A stretch of 50,417 nucleotides of DNA from a bacterium (GTDB lineage: Bacteria > Edwardsbacteria > AC1 > EtOH8), in contig JAURWH010000110.1 of assembly GCA_030655055.1 (NCBI GenBank), forward strand, positions 1 to 50,417. Direction: 5' to 3'. Both the position numbers and the translations under genes were made by a program. The notes beneath the pieces were generated by a model. That model had not been told where the DNA came from and searched no databases. It saw only the letters and a program-made list of their open reading frames with translations. Positions 42,040 through 50,417 of the stretch are shown here, piece by piece (positions within the stretch are counted from its first letter, which is position 1; every line of letters starts with the position of its first letter).

Positions 42040-42471
42040 ATGCCAAGAATAGTCAAATGGATCTTATGGATTTTGCTGGGTTTTGCCCTGTACATGTCCA
42101 TAAAAATACTTTTGCCCTATATTCGTTTTGCCGATATCAAGGGAAAGATGGAGGAAGCAGCACTGGTTTCCAACGGCGAATCTGACCTTGGTATTGCCAT
42201 CAAACTTTCCGAAACCGCCCTGCTGGATAAGCTTCCGATAGCCGGAGATTATTTTTATCAGGTGGTCGGGGAGGACGGTAAAAAGTATTTCTATGAACCG
42301 GAGAGCCCGGAACAGCAGAAAGAATATCAGGAATTGGCCAAGCAGTATTTTCTGGAACACATGACCCGCACTCCCCAGGGACTGGCGATAGAGATCAGCT
42401 ACACGGTGGAGATATACTTTCCGTTCAACATCTATATCCATAGAATAAACTTCGCACACAGGGAGGGCTGA
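42040..42471 (+). CDS. Hypothetical N-terminally membrane-anchored protein
   Basis: Start at MPRIVKWILWILLGFALYMSI (GGAGG RBS 7 nt upstream); no recognised motif. Confidence 0.5.
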   Translation: MPRIVKWILWILLGFALYMSIKILLPYIRFADIKGKMEEAALVSNGESDLGIAIKLSETALLDKLPIAGDYFYQVVGEDGKKYFYEPESPEQQKEYQELAKQYFLEHMTRTPQGLAIEISYTVEIYFPFNIYIHRINFAHREG

Positions 42472-42512
42472 ACTCAGCCACCACAGTCTTAAATAACGGC
42501 CTTAACCGGCAG

Positions 42513-43010
42513 GTGCTGGTGCTGAATCAGAACTATGAACCGCTATCGGTCTGTAATGCCCGCCGGGCCCTTCTGATGCTGTACCGCCAGAAAGCAGAAA
42601 TAGTAGAGCAAAGCGAGCACCTGGTGCGCAGCCTGCATCAGAGATTCACAGTGCCCAGCGTGGTCCGGCTTAACTGTTACATTAAGCGGCCCCGCCAGAA
42701 CGTCCGTCTGAGCAAACAGAACATCGTCCGCCGCGATAACCGCACCTGCCAGTATTGCGGCACCACCCAGGGCGCAATGACCGCCGATCACGTCATCCCC
42801 AAAAGCCAGGGCGGGGAGGACAGCTGGGAGAACCTGGTCTGCGCCTGCGTGTCCTGTAACAACAAAAAGGGCGATCGCAGTTTGGTTCAGGTTAAAATGA
42901 ACCTGCTGCGCCGGCCTAAAAATCCGCATTACATAACCTTCATCCAATATCATCTGGGGCTGCCGGACCAGCGGTGGCGGCCCTACCTGTTCTTGGGCAA
43001 CAACCGGTAA
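42513..43010 (+). CDS. HNH endonuclease (McrA-like, stand-alone)
   Basis: 165 aa (GTG start); CQYCG...ADHVIPKSQGGEDSWENLVCACVSCNNKKG HNH/zinc motif. Confidence 0.85.
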   Translation: MLVLNQNYEPLSVCNARRALLMLYRQKAEIVEQSEHLVRSLHQRFTVPSVVRLNCYIKRPRQNVRLSKQNIVRRDNRTCQYCGTTQGAMTADHVIPKSQGGEDSWENLVCACVSCNNKKGDRSLVQVKMNLLRRPKNPHYITFIQYHLGLPDQRWRPYLFLGNNR

Positions 43011-43028
43011 ATAAAGATTTAAAAAAAA

Positions 43029-44618
43029 TTGACGCTTCGCCTGAATAAAATAATACTGTCAGCCTTGGCCATTATTTTGGGCGGGGCGTTGCTTTTTTCC
43101 ACCGGAGAGGCGGCCAAAGCAAAAAAAACCAAGGCTTCCAAAACAGCCAAACGGCGGCAGTCGGTGGTTTATATGCCCAAGCCCACCGGAGACATTCAGG
43201 ATGACCTGGATAAGCTGTTTGACCAGAAGCTGCCCCGGCTGGGCCGGTGGGGCATCGCGGTGATGGACCTGGAAAGCGGCGACATCATTTACCAGCACAA
43301 TTCCCAAAGCAAGTTCATCCCGGCCTCAAATGCCAAGCTTTTCACCACGGCGGCGGCGCTGGAACAGCTGGGCCCCAACTATTCCTACCAGACCGAGATC
43401 TTCGCTCTGGGCGAGATAGATTCCTTTGGGGTGCTGCACGGGGACCTGATCATCAAAGGCTCGGGAGACCCCACCATCAGCGAACTGGCTTTGCTGGAGG
43501 AGTGGGCCGACAGCCTGAAATCGCAGGGGATCACGGCGGTGGACGGGGATATTATCGGCGACGAGGGGAATTTTATACCCGAGAAGATAGTTTCCATGGT
43601 GCCCCGGGCCACCAACAAGATGGTGAAGTCAAAAAAACGGATGGCCTGGCAGATCTCCGGGCTTTCCTACCGCGACAATCTGGTGGCGGTCACAATTTCC
43701 GGGGGGCAGCTGGGCAAGCCGTTAAGGGTCTCCACCGACCCCCCCATGACCATCAAGATAAAAAACCTCAGCCGCACCATCAAGGGGAGCAGCAGCACCG
43801 CCACCCGCAAGGTCAAGGACAAGAGCGGCAAAATGGTCACCAAGTCCCGCAAGGTCTACAATGTGGGCAAGGCCTATGCCAGCTTCGACGGCGAGGCGCT
43901 GAAGATAACCGGGACCCTGGCCCAGGGTTCCAGCAAAAGATTTTTGTTCACGGCCAAGGATCCCCAGGGCCATTTTGCCAGGGTGTTTGCTGCGGTGCTG
44001 CAGGACAAGGGCGTCACGGTCTCGGGCCAGGGTCTGGCCCTGACCGACAAGCCCATAGCCTTGAAACAGCAGGCCGAACTGATCTACGCCAATTATTCCC
44101 CCCCGCTTTCCGAGATCATCAAGATCATCAATAAGAACAGCCACAATCTTTATGCCGAGGCCCTTCTCAACACCATAGGCTCCGAGATGGGGGGCGAAGG
44201 CAGCCGCCAGCAGGGTTCGCTCTCCGAGCGGGTGATCACCGCGCAGATGGGACTGGGAACCATCGATCTTTACGACGGCTGCGGCCTTTCCCGGCTGAAT
44301 ACGGTCTCCCCCCAGCAGGTGGTGAGTTTGCTGAAGTTCATGTCAAATCAGCCTTACTGGGAGGATTTTTATAATTCCCTGGCCATCGGAGGAATAGACG
44401 GAACCCTGACCAGCCGGCTTTCCGGGCCCAAGGTCTCGGGCCGGGTCTACGCCAAGACAGGATCGATCGGCGGGGTTTCGGCCCTGTCCGGTTACCTGAC
44501 CGCCAAGAACGGAAAGATGTTCGCCTTCTCCATCATGGTCAATAATATCTACCGGGCCAAGCTGGCCCGCCGGATTGAGGACTACATCTGCCAGATGCTG
44601 GTGGAATACCTGGGTTAA
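43029..44618 (+). CDS. dacB: D-alanyl-D-alanine carboxypeptidase/endopeptidase (PBP4, peptidase S13)
   Basis: 529 aa (TTG start); signal/anchor; SxxK ASNAKLFTTAAAL and KTG (AKTGSIGGVSALSGY) motifs. Confidence 0.88.
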   Translation: MTLRLNKIILSALAIILGGALLFSTGEAAKAKKTKASKTAKRRQSVVYMPKPTGDIQDDLDKLFDQKLPRLGRWGIAVMDLESGDIIYQHNSQSKFIPASNAKLFTTAAALEQLGPNYSYQTEIFALGEIDSFGVLHGDLIIKGSGDPTISELALLEEWADSLKSQGITAVDGDIIGDEGNFIPEKIVSMVPRATNKMVKSKKRMAWQISGLSYRDNLVAVTISGGQLGKPLRVSTDPPMTIKIKNLSRTIKGSSSTATRKVKDKSGKMVTKSRKVYNVGKAYASFDGEALKITGTLAQGSSKRFLFTAKDPQGHFARVFAAVLQDKGVTVSGQGLALTDKPIALKQQAELIYANYSPPLSEIIKIINKNSHNLYAEALLNTIGSEMGGEGSRQQGSLSERVITAQMGLGTIDLYDGCGLSRLNTVSPQQVVSLLKFMSNQPYWEDFYNSLAIGGIDGTLTSRLSGPKVSGRVYAKTGSIGGVSALSGYLTAKNGKMFAFSIMVNNIYRAKLARRIEDYICQMLVEYLG

Positions 44619-44669
44619 AAACCATTACGGCGAATCATACAAACCCAATAAACAGGAGGAATAAAGCCC

Positions 44670-45845
44670 ATGCTTAAAATGTATTTTAATTTTAAGGACG
44701 TGTTCAGGGCGGCCCGGCTTGGTTTTTCGCCCAAAAAGATCTGGACTTTTTTCTGCGGTCTGTTATTGGGTCTGGCAATTTACAACCTGTTCAGCTACCT
44801 GGCCCATGCCGCAGCCGGACGTTCTTTGGCCGACACCTGGGCCATGTTCGGGCTGCTGCCGCTGCCCTGGTCGGATTTTGGCCCGGGGGCCTGGATCCTC
44901 TGGTTTCTGGGGGCCGCCGGACTGGGCGTCAGCTATATGCTGGCCTCGTCCGTGGTGGCCAGGATCACCGCCGAACAGCTCTCGGGCAATGAATTTTACG
45001 AGGTCAAGGAAGCGGTCGCTTTTGTAAAACAGGGCTGGAAGGCGGTGCTGGGCGCGCCGCTGGTGATAGTTACTTTCATTGGCTTTTTGGTCTTGGGCGG
45101 ACTGGTCCTGGGGCTGTGGGGCCGGATACCCTATCTGGGCGAGCTGACGGTCTCGGCCCTGGCCATTCCGGTCTATCTGGTCTGTCTTTTCATCGTCTTT
45201 CTGCTGGCGGCCCTGATGGTGGCCCTGTTCTACTCGCCGATCGTGGCCGGGGCGGCCAAGAGCGACACCTTTGACAACCTTTTTGAGATCTTCTCCACCA
45301 TGACCTCCCAGCCCTGGCGTTTGGTGGTGTACAGCGGACTGCTGAAATTGATAGTTCTGTTGGGCTTCGGGGTCTTTGCCCTGTTCAGTCATCATGCGGT
45401 AATGATCTCCTACAAACTGCTGGGGGTCTTCATGGGGCAAAGGTTTTTGGACCTGGGCGCCGCCGCCTTCAATCTTTATACCCCGCCGATGGTGCTGAAT
45501 GTAATGCTGGGCGCCTTGCAGGGATGGGGTTTTGACCAGGGGCTGTATCTGTTGAACACTCCGGCCCTCAACTGGTCGGGTCACGTTTCAGCCTTTTTAA
45601 TGGGAATGTCGCTGAACCTGGTCCGGCTGCTGGTGATCTCCTATGCCGCCGCCGCCACGGTGGTGGGCCAGACCATCATTTACGGGATCATAGTGATGAG
45701 GCGCGACGACCGGAACATATTTGAGCGCCAGGAGGAAAAAGGGACTGAAGAATGTCCTCCGGTGATGGAAGAAAATGAGGCCAAGGTTGTAAAGATGGTA
45801 AAAAAAGCGGCGGCGGTCAAAAAGCCGGCCAAAGCCAGGAAATAA
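44670..45845 (+). CDS. Hypothetical polytopic membrane protein
   Basis: 391 aa; AGGAGG RBS; at least 7 hydrophobic segments; Lys-rich C-terminal tail; no recognised motif. Confidence 0.55.
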   Translation: MLKMYFNFKDVFRAARLGFSPKKIWTFFCGLLLGLAIYNLFSYLAHAAAGRSLADTWAMFGLLPLPWSDFGPGAWILWFLGAAGLGVSYMLASSVVARITAEQLSGNEFYEVKEAVAFVKQGWKAVLGAPLVIVTFIGFLVLGGLVLGLWGRIPYLGELTVSALAIPVYLVCLFIVFLLAALMVALFYSPIVAGAAKSDTFDNLFEIFSTMTSQPWRLVVYSGLLKLIVLLGFGVFALFSHHAVMISYKLLGVFMGQRFLDLGAAAFNLYTPPMVLNVMLGALQGWGFDQGLYLLNTPALNWSGHVSAFLMGMSLNLVRLLVISYAAAATVVGQTIIYGIIVMRRDDRNIFERQEEKGTEECPPVMEENEAKVVKMVKKAAAVKKPAKARK

Positions 45846-45865
45846 ACATCCGAAGATGGCAATAT

Positions 45866-45896
45866 AAAAAACCCCCGCTTATGGCGGGGGTTTTTT
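45866..45896. terminator. Bidirectional rho-independent terminator
   Basis: AAAAAA-CCCCCGC-TTATG-GCGGGGG-TTTTTT between convergent genes. Confidence 0.75.
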
Positions 45897-45929
45897 GCAT
45901 GGTGCCTATCTGAAACGAAGGGGAACCTT

Positions 45930-47615
45930 TTATTTGGCCGCGTTTATCACCACGGCTATCCGGTCGGCGATCACAGACCCGTTGATCGTAGCCCGTACTA
46001 TTACCCAGCCGGTGATTTGATTTGCCGGGCGTCCGGCCGTAAACAATCCTGATTGGCTAATTGTTCCGAATTGCTGGTTGGCGGGGTCGGTGAGCCATTT
46101 CAGTTCTATGGCAGGCTGTTGGTTTCCCCCAGCGTCGGTGATGATAGCCGTGAAGGAATGGCTGCCGCCTGATGGAACCAGGATGGTTCCTGATTCCGTA
46201 ATTCTTATCTTATATTCAGAGATGCTTACAGTGGCCCCGCCTTGTCCCCCTCCTTGGCCGGTCGGAACCTGGGCTATTATCATGCCCTTTTTGGGGCTGT
46301 CTATTTGGTTGTTGGGTGTAAAGAGGCCGCTTTGGTTTATATGCCCAAGTCCGTCAGGAAAAACTTTCCATATCACCTTTACTTCCGGCATAAGCCTGCC
46401 TTCGGCCGACGAGATGGTGGCGGTGAACTGTTGCTGTTGATTGGAAGGCAGTATGGCCCGCAGCGGGTCCACTTTCACCCGCAACGGCTGGCCCGGCTTT
46501 ATCCTGACTGAGGCTGCTGCCTGGCCCTGGCCGAACTGGGGTGGAAGCGAGGCCACCACTTTTCCCTGGCCGTCCTTTTGTCCGGCGGTGAATATGCCCT
46601 GGGGAGAAACCTCTCCCAGTTTTTCCGGGATCACCTTCCAGACCCAGTAGGGAGGAGTGACCGGGTTGCCGCTGTTGTCAAAAGCCTCGGCGGTGAACTC
46701 CAGGGACTGTCCCGGTTCCAGCGCCGATTGCCTCGGTTTTACCTTAATGGTATAACGCCGGGTCTTTTCGGACACCACCACCAGGGATTTGGCGGTTCCC
46801 GAGCCGGTTTCATTTTTGGCCTGCACCTTGACCGTTCCCACTCCAGGGTTTTTGCCGGCAGTGAAATTTCCGGAACCGTCTATGGTGCCCAGCGCCAGAG
46901 GCGCCACCTGATATTCCAGCTCGGCCGCAACCGGGTTTCCATCACGATCTCTGACGGAGACCGAAAATACTGCATTTTCGCCGGGCTTAAGATCTGCCTT
47001 GGCCGGGGTCATCTCCACCATCAGTTTTTGGGGCTTTAGTTTTGGTCCCACGGTTATTTTGGCCTGTCCGAGGCCTTTGAACTTCTCAGACTTGGCCAGG
47101 GCCACTATCCGGCCGGTTCCCGGGGTTAAGGCGGTAAAATTACCGTTTTCATCAATGGTTCCCAGGCCGGCCGGCACCACCTGCCAGGAGATGGCCGCCT
47201 CTGATGCCGGCTCGCCGTTCAAATAGCGGACTTCGGCCGAAAGTTTTATGGCCGACCCCGGTTCCATCCGGGCCGAGCCGGGGATTACTTTGACGGTCAA
47301 TCCCGCCGTCTTGCCGCCTGCGACCCTGATCAGGGCATGGCCCAAAATCATTTTATCGCCCTGCTGCACCGAGGCCCGCACTATTCCCTGTCCGGCCGAT
47401 CTTCCGGCGGTAAATCGTCCGCTGGCATCAATGGATCCCAAAGACGGGGGAAGCACCTGCCAGCGGACAGCGGCCTGCTCCTGGCCCGGCACCGAGAACT
47501 GGACCTTTCCGTTGGGCATCACCCCGGCCGGATTGGGGGACACTTCCAGCTGCTGGGCCAGGGCCATCCCTGCAGCCGAAGCCAAAAGTAAAATGACCAG
47601 GATCAGTTTTTTCAT
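45930..47615 (-). CDS. Secreted protein with six bacterial Ig-like (Big_2) repeats
   Basis: 561 aa; signal peptide MKKLILVILLLASAAGMALA; six ~80-aa units each containing ..W.V.P..LG.ID..G.FTA...G.G.V.A. Confidence 0.8.
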   Translation of the reverse strand: MKKLILVILLLASAAGMALAQQLEVSPNPAGVMPNGKVQFSVPGQEQAAVRWQVLPPSLGSIDASGRFTAGRSAGQGIVRASVQQGDKMILGHALIRVAGGKTAGLTVKVIPGSARMEPGSAIKLSAEVRYLNGEPASEAAISWQVVPAGLGTIDENGNFTALTPGTGRIVALAKSEKFKGLGQAKITVGPKLKPQKLMVEMTPAKADLKPGENAVFSVSVRDRDGNPVAAELEYQVAPLALGTIDGSGNFTAGKNPGVGTVKVQAKNETGSGTAKSLVVVSEKTRRYTIKVKPRQSALEPGQSLEFTAEAFDNSGNPVTPPYWVWKVIPEKLGEVSPQGIFTAGQKDGQGKVVASLPPQFGQGQAAASVRIKPGQPLRVKVDPLRAILPSNQQQQFTATISSAEGRLMPEVKVIWKVFPDGLGHINQSGLFTPNNQIDSPKKGMIIAQVPTGQGGGQGGATVSISEYKIRITESGTILVPSGGSHSFTAIITDAGGNQQPAIELKWLTDPANQQFGTISQSGLFTAGRPANQITGWVIVRATINGSVIADRIAVVINAAK

Positions 47616-48334
47616 GAGCGTTCCTCCAGCAGATAAAAGCTCCAGCTTTTGTTGGTCTCCCGGCCGTCCCGGCCGGTCAGGGATACCAGCACCACGTGCT
47701 GGCCGGGCGCCAGGGCATTTGGGGAGATGGTCAGATAGTCTTCCTTCATCTGGTATTGGGCGGAAGCCAGGGGCCGGTCGTCAATGCTTACCTTTATGCG
47801 GTCGCGGGTTTGAACGGCCGGATAAAAGGAGGCCACGATGTTCAGATCCCGGCTTTCGGCCACATCCTGCTCTCCGGGCCAGACCGGATAGATCCGGCTG
47901 GCCTCGATGATTTTCTGCTCAACGGCGGCGAGGTTAATTTCGGGTCTGACGGGAACATTGTCCGGGCCAGCGGCTGGCGAAGGCTGTTGGATCACAGCCT
48001 GGGGGGCAAAAATATTTTCCGGCACCGGCGCCCGTAAAAACAGGGTCAGCACGGCGGCGATCATCAGGGCCGAGGCGGCCAGGGAAAGCCGGGCCGGCCG
48101 CAACTCGAAAAGCTTCGGTCTGACTTCGGCCCGGTTTATCCTGGCCCAAAGCCTGGCCTGGAAATAGGGGGGAAGTTCAACGCTGGGCTGGTTCCGCAGC
48201 AGCGATTCCAGTTCGCTTTGTCCCGATGCCAGAGCCCGGCAGTCCGGGCATTCCCGGACATGGCTTTGGGCCTGGGGCGGCAAAGCGGCGCCGGGATTGT
48301 CCCGGAAAAATATTTCAATTTGCTGACAGTTCAT
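47612..48334 (-). CDS. Anti-sigma factor (zf-HC2), single-pass
   Basis: 240 aa; N-terminal HVRECPDCRAL zinc-finger motif; central TM LSLAASALMIAAVLTLFL; overlaps both neighbours. Confidence 0.8.
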   Translation of the reverse strand: MNCQQIEIFFRDNPGAALPPQAQSHVRECPDCRALASGQSELESLLRNQPSVELPPYFQARLWARINRAEVRPKLFELRPARLSLAASALMIAAVLTLFLRAPVPENIFAPQAVIQQPSPAAGPDNVPVRPEINLAAVEQKIIEASRIYPVWPGEQDVAESRDLNIVASFYPAVQTRDRIKVSIDDRPLASAQYQMKEDYLTISPNALAPGQHVVLVSLTGRDGRETNKSWSFYLLEERS

Positions 48335-48878
48335 TTCTTCCTCCCTGATTATTGGCGGCCTTCAAGCCGTTAAGCTTTTGAGCCAGGATCTGGCGGCCCC
48401 GCCACAAGCGTGATTTTACGGTGCCCGGAGAGCAGTTCAAAATTTTGGCGATATCGTCGCAGGCCTGATCCTCAAAGTAATACAGCACTACGGTCTCCTT
48501 GAATTCCACCGGCAGTTCGGACACCGCCTGCCGGATCATCTTATCCTGGGATAATTTTTCGATCTTTTCCATCTGCTCCAGGGCCCCGGGGTCGGACACC
48601 TCTTCCTCCGGGGTTCTTTCGCCCAGGCCAAAGAAGGACATCACCTTTTGTTTCCTTAAATGCCGGCGGTGATGGTTGACCGCTATCCGGTAAAGCCAGG
48701 TAAAGAAATCGGATTCACCCCGGAACTTGGAGTACTCCTTGTAAGCGATCAGGAAAACCTCCTGGGCCAGGTCCTGGGCCAGGTCATAATCGCCCGTCAA
48801 ACGAAAGAGCAAATTAAAAAGCCGCTTATCGTATTTCTGGACTATCTGGTCAAATGCTATATTGCTGTTTTCCGTCAT
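48315..48878 (-). CDS. ECF-type RNA polymerase sigma factor
   Basis: 187 aa; region 2 DLAQEVFLIAY...WLYRIAVN; region 4 DDIAKILNCSPGTVKSRLWRGR. Confidence 0.9.
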   Translation of the reverse strand: MTENSNIAFDQIVQKYDKRLFNLLFRLTGDYDLAQDLAQEVFLIAYKEYSKFRGESDFFTWLYRIAVNHHRRHLRKQKVMSFFGLGERTPEEEVSDPGALEQMEKIEKLSQDKMIRQAVSELPVEFKETVVLYYFEDQACDDIAKILNCSPGTVKSRLWRGRQILAQKLNGLKAANNQGGRNELSAN

Positions 48879-48890
48879 ATTGGTATTAAG

Positions 48891-48919
48891 TTAGAGCCGT
48901 TTTAACCCCGTCTAGTTCC
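48891..48919 (-). promoter_or_regulatory. Candidate ECF-type autoregulated promoter
   Basis: On the minus strand: GGAACT (48919-48914), then 18 nt, then TCTAA (48895-48891); only 12 nt separate the -10 element from ATG 48878. Confidence 0.35.
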
Positions 48920-49035
48920 CGGAGAAGGGCATTATTTGAATGCGGTGCCCAATCAAGCCATAACACATTTATATTACTGGACTTGGCGGCCTATTTCATC
49001 TGGTTCCAAATGGTGGTTTGGGGCTCCCGGGAGGC

Positions 49036-50417
49036 TTAAAACCGATAGCCAAAATCAACCCAGGCCAGGCGCTGGTGATACGATTTTGACGGGTCCAGAC
49101 GGTCGGTTTTGTTTATCTGCTTGGCCCCCAGTTCCAGGGAAAACCTGGTTCCCAGGCTGGCGGTGCCCTTGATATACCCCGTGTGCTTGAATTGGTCGAC
49201 GGTGTTCAGATCATCCCGGAGCTGATAATACTGGTATCCGGAATTGATCTGCCAGGCTCTTCCGGAAGAAAAGTTAATGTCCAGATTGGCTGAATGGGAC
49301 CGGGTCAGCCGGTCGCTTTGGCTGGCGGAATATGAATAGAGGGGCGTGGCCCGGAGCCGTTTCCATTTTAAACTAAAACTGGTTCCCAGACTGCGGCTCC
49401 GGTAGATGTAGCCGGTGTAGGGCCGGAGGTTGCCGTCAAAATTCAGGGAAAAACCGGAGAACCACCGGTCCGGGCTAAGGCCGGCCACCCGCAGCGAGGC
49501 CCCGGCCTTGTAGCTGTTGCCGGCGGCGGAATCGGTGAATATCTTATAGGCCGAGGCGTAGGCCCTGGTGCTTAATCTTTTGTTCCAATCGGATTCCTGG
49601 TCCAGCGCCAGTTCATTCTTGGCCGCCTCGGCGTAAGGGTTGCCAAAACTGTAGAAATACTGGCCCAGTGAAATGTACCGGGCTTCCCAAAGGTGCCTTT
49701 CCCGCCGGAGTTTTATCCCGGCCGAGTAGCCCTGGCCGTTAACTGTTTCCCCGGTGTCGGGGACCAGCCGGGTGCCGATATACTCCCCTGACAACAGCAG
49801 GGTCTTGAAGGGATAGGACAGAGACATTATCATCAGCCGGTTCTGGCCGGGGTGCAGGGTATCCACGGATATTACGGTATCGGAAATACCCAGCAGGGAG
49901 TCGGTGTAGATGTAGGAACTGGTCTTATATCTGACCGAATCCGGCAGGGAGGAAGGATCATCGGACCCGGAATAATATCCGGCCGCAAAGACCAGGCTGT
50001 CCCGCAGTTCCAGCCAGCCCTGGCCGCCGTAAATGTACTGGGCAAAGGTCTGGTAACCGGTGTCGGCCGGCTGGGAGCGGCAGGCCAGCAGGTCAACCTT
50101 AAGGCGGCCATTCTTGAATGACCCGGCTCCGCCCAGCGGAGAAAGCCCGGAAAAAGCCAGTTCCGAAAGCCGGGGGTAGAATTCTCCCAGGTTCAGCTCC
50201 CACCGCGGGTGGTAAAACTGCAGCTGGCCGTGCGGGTCCCGGTCGTAAGACGGATCGTAGGACAGATTCCCGTTAAAGTTTCCCCGGCCCAACAGCCCCG
50301 AAAGCGACAGCTCGGCCCTGGGCAGAAAACCGATAGGGGAGGAAAGACCCAGCCCGGCGGTGTCGACGCTGCAGTCAGAGTATTGCCAGCCCAGGCTGGC
50401 CCAGGCCTCCCAGGGCC
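49036..50417 (-). CDS. Outer-membrane beta-barrel-like protein, 5' end beyond the window edge
   Basis: The frame stays open from 50292 to 50417 (checked by hand); alternating aromatic/polar strands; C-terminal ...WVDFGYRF with a terminal Phe typical of the OMP beta-signal. Confidence 0.55.
   Translation of the reverse strand, partial: PWEAWASLGWQYSDCSVDTAGLGLSSPIGFLPRAELSLSGLLGRGNFNGNLSYDPSYDRDPHGQLQFYHPRWELNLGEFYPRLSELAFSGLSPLGGAGSFKNGRLKVDLLACRSQPADTGYQTFAQYIYGGQGWLELRDSLVFAAGYYSGSDDPSSLPDSVRYKTSSYIYTDSLLGISDTVISVDTLHPGQNRLMIMSLSYPFKTLLLSGEYIGTRLVPDTGETVNGQGYSAGIKLRRERHLWEARYISLGQYFYSFGNPYAEAAKNELALDQESDWNKRLSTRAYASAYKIFTDSAAGNSYKAGASLRVAGLSPDRWFSGFSLNFDGNLRPYTGYIYRSRSLGTSFSLKWKRLRATPLYSYSASQSDRLTRSHSANLDINFSSGRAWQINSGYQYYQLRDDLNTVDQFKHTGYIKGTASLGTRFSLELGAKQINKTDRLDPSKSYHQRLAWVDFGYRF

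Noticed and set aside
42513-43010. HNH endonuclease as part of a restriction-modification or defence system
   Set aside because: No methyltransferase, specificity subunit or other defence gene is adjacent. This ~165-aa VLVLNQNYEPL-type HNH protein looks like the widespread stand-alone family.
1-50417. CRISPR arrays, IS elements or transposases, integrases, rRNA, prophage genes, reverse transcriptase/DGR
   Set aside because: Reading both strands found no regularly spaced direct-repeat array and no ORF with transposase, integrase or RT motifs. The only exact repeats noted are the tRNA 3' duplication, the lpxK palindrome and short regulatory-region repeats.

Overview
GC-rich bacterial chromosomal window, probably from an uncultivated FCB-superphylum-like lineage. 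That placement is an inference from a T9SS-type C-terminal sorting domain, sigma-54 circuitry and the gene content. About two thirds is housekeeping: dxs-truB-ribF, an aminotransferase, an NSS transporter, arfB, tkt, lpxK, nadA, tRNA-Ala, PBP4 and an ECF sigma/anti-sigma pair. Three accessory blocks stand out. (1) 15.2-24.6 kb holds two co-directional sets of a very short SLBB (mini-OPX) protein, a Wzc-type tyrosine autokinase, and a barrel-like/2x CarboxypepD_reg/Pro-Ala linker/TPR-tail protein. No glycosyltransferase, flippase or polymerase gene is visible anywhere in the window. (2) 27.5-33.6 kb holds a GAF-type sigma-54 activator, a 480-bp AT-rich control region with a full-consensus -24/-12 promoter, a small winged-helix-like ORF, and a 1219-aa seven-repeat secreted protein with a T9SS tail. 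(3) 33.6-38.8 kb holds a class III nucleotide cyclase fused to a STAND-type NTPase and TPR array, a small helical ORF, and two divergently transcribed stand-alone cNMP-binding proteins. Smaller oddities are listed here. A 25-bp duplication of the tRNA-Ala 3' end lies 87 bp downstream of the tRNA. A 28-bp perfect palindrome built from four heptad-spaced GAATTC sites sits in frame inside lpxK. A consensus promoter is placed for a leaderless mRNA. A 31-aa membrane ORF missing from the ORF track follows the NSS transporter. A DUF4160/DUF2442 pair sits in an AT-rich islet. No CRISPR array, transposase, integrase or rRNA was seen. All family assignments come from motif recognition by eye, not from database searches.
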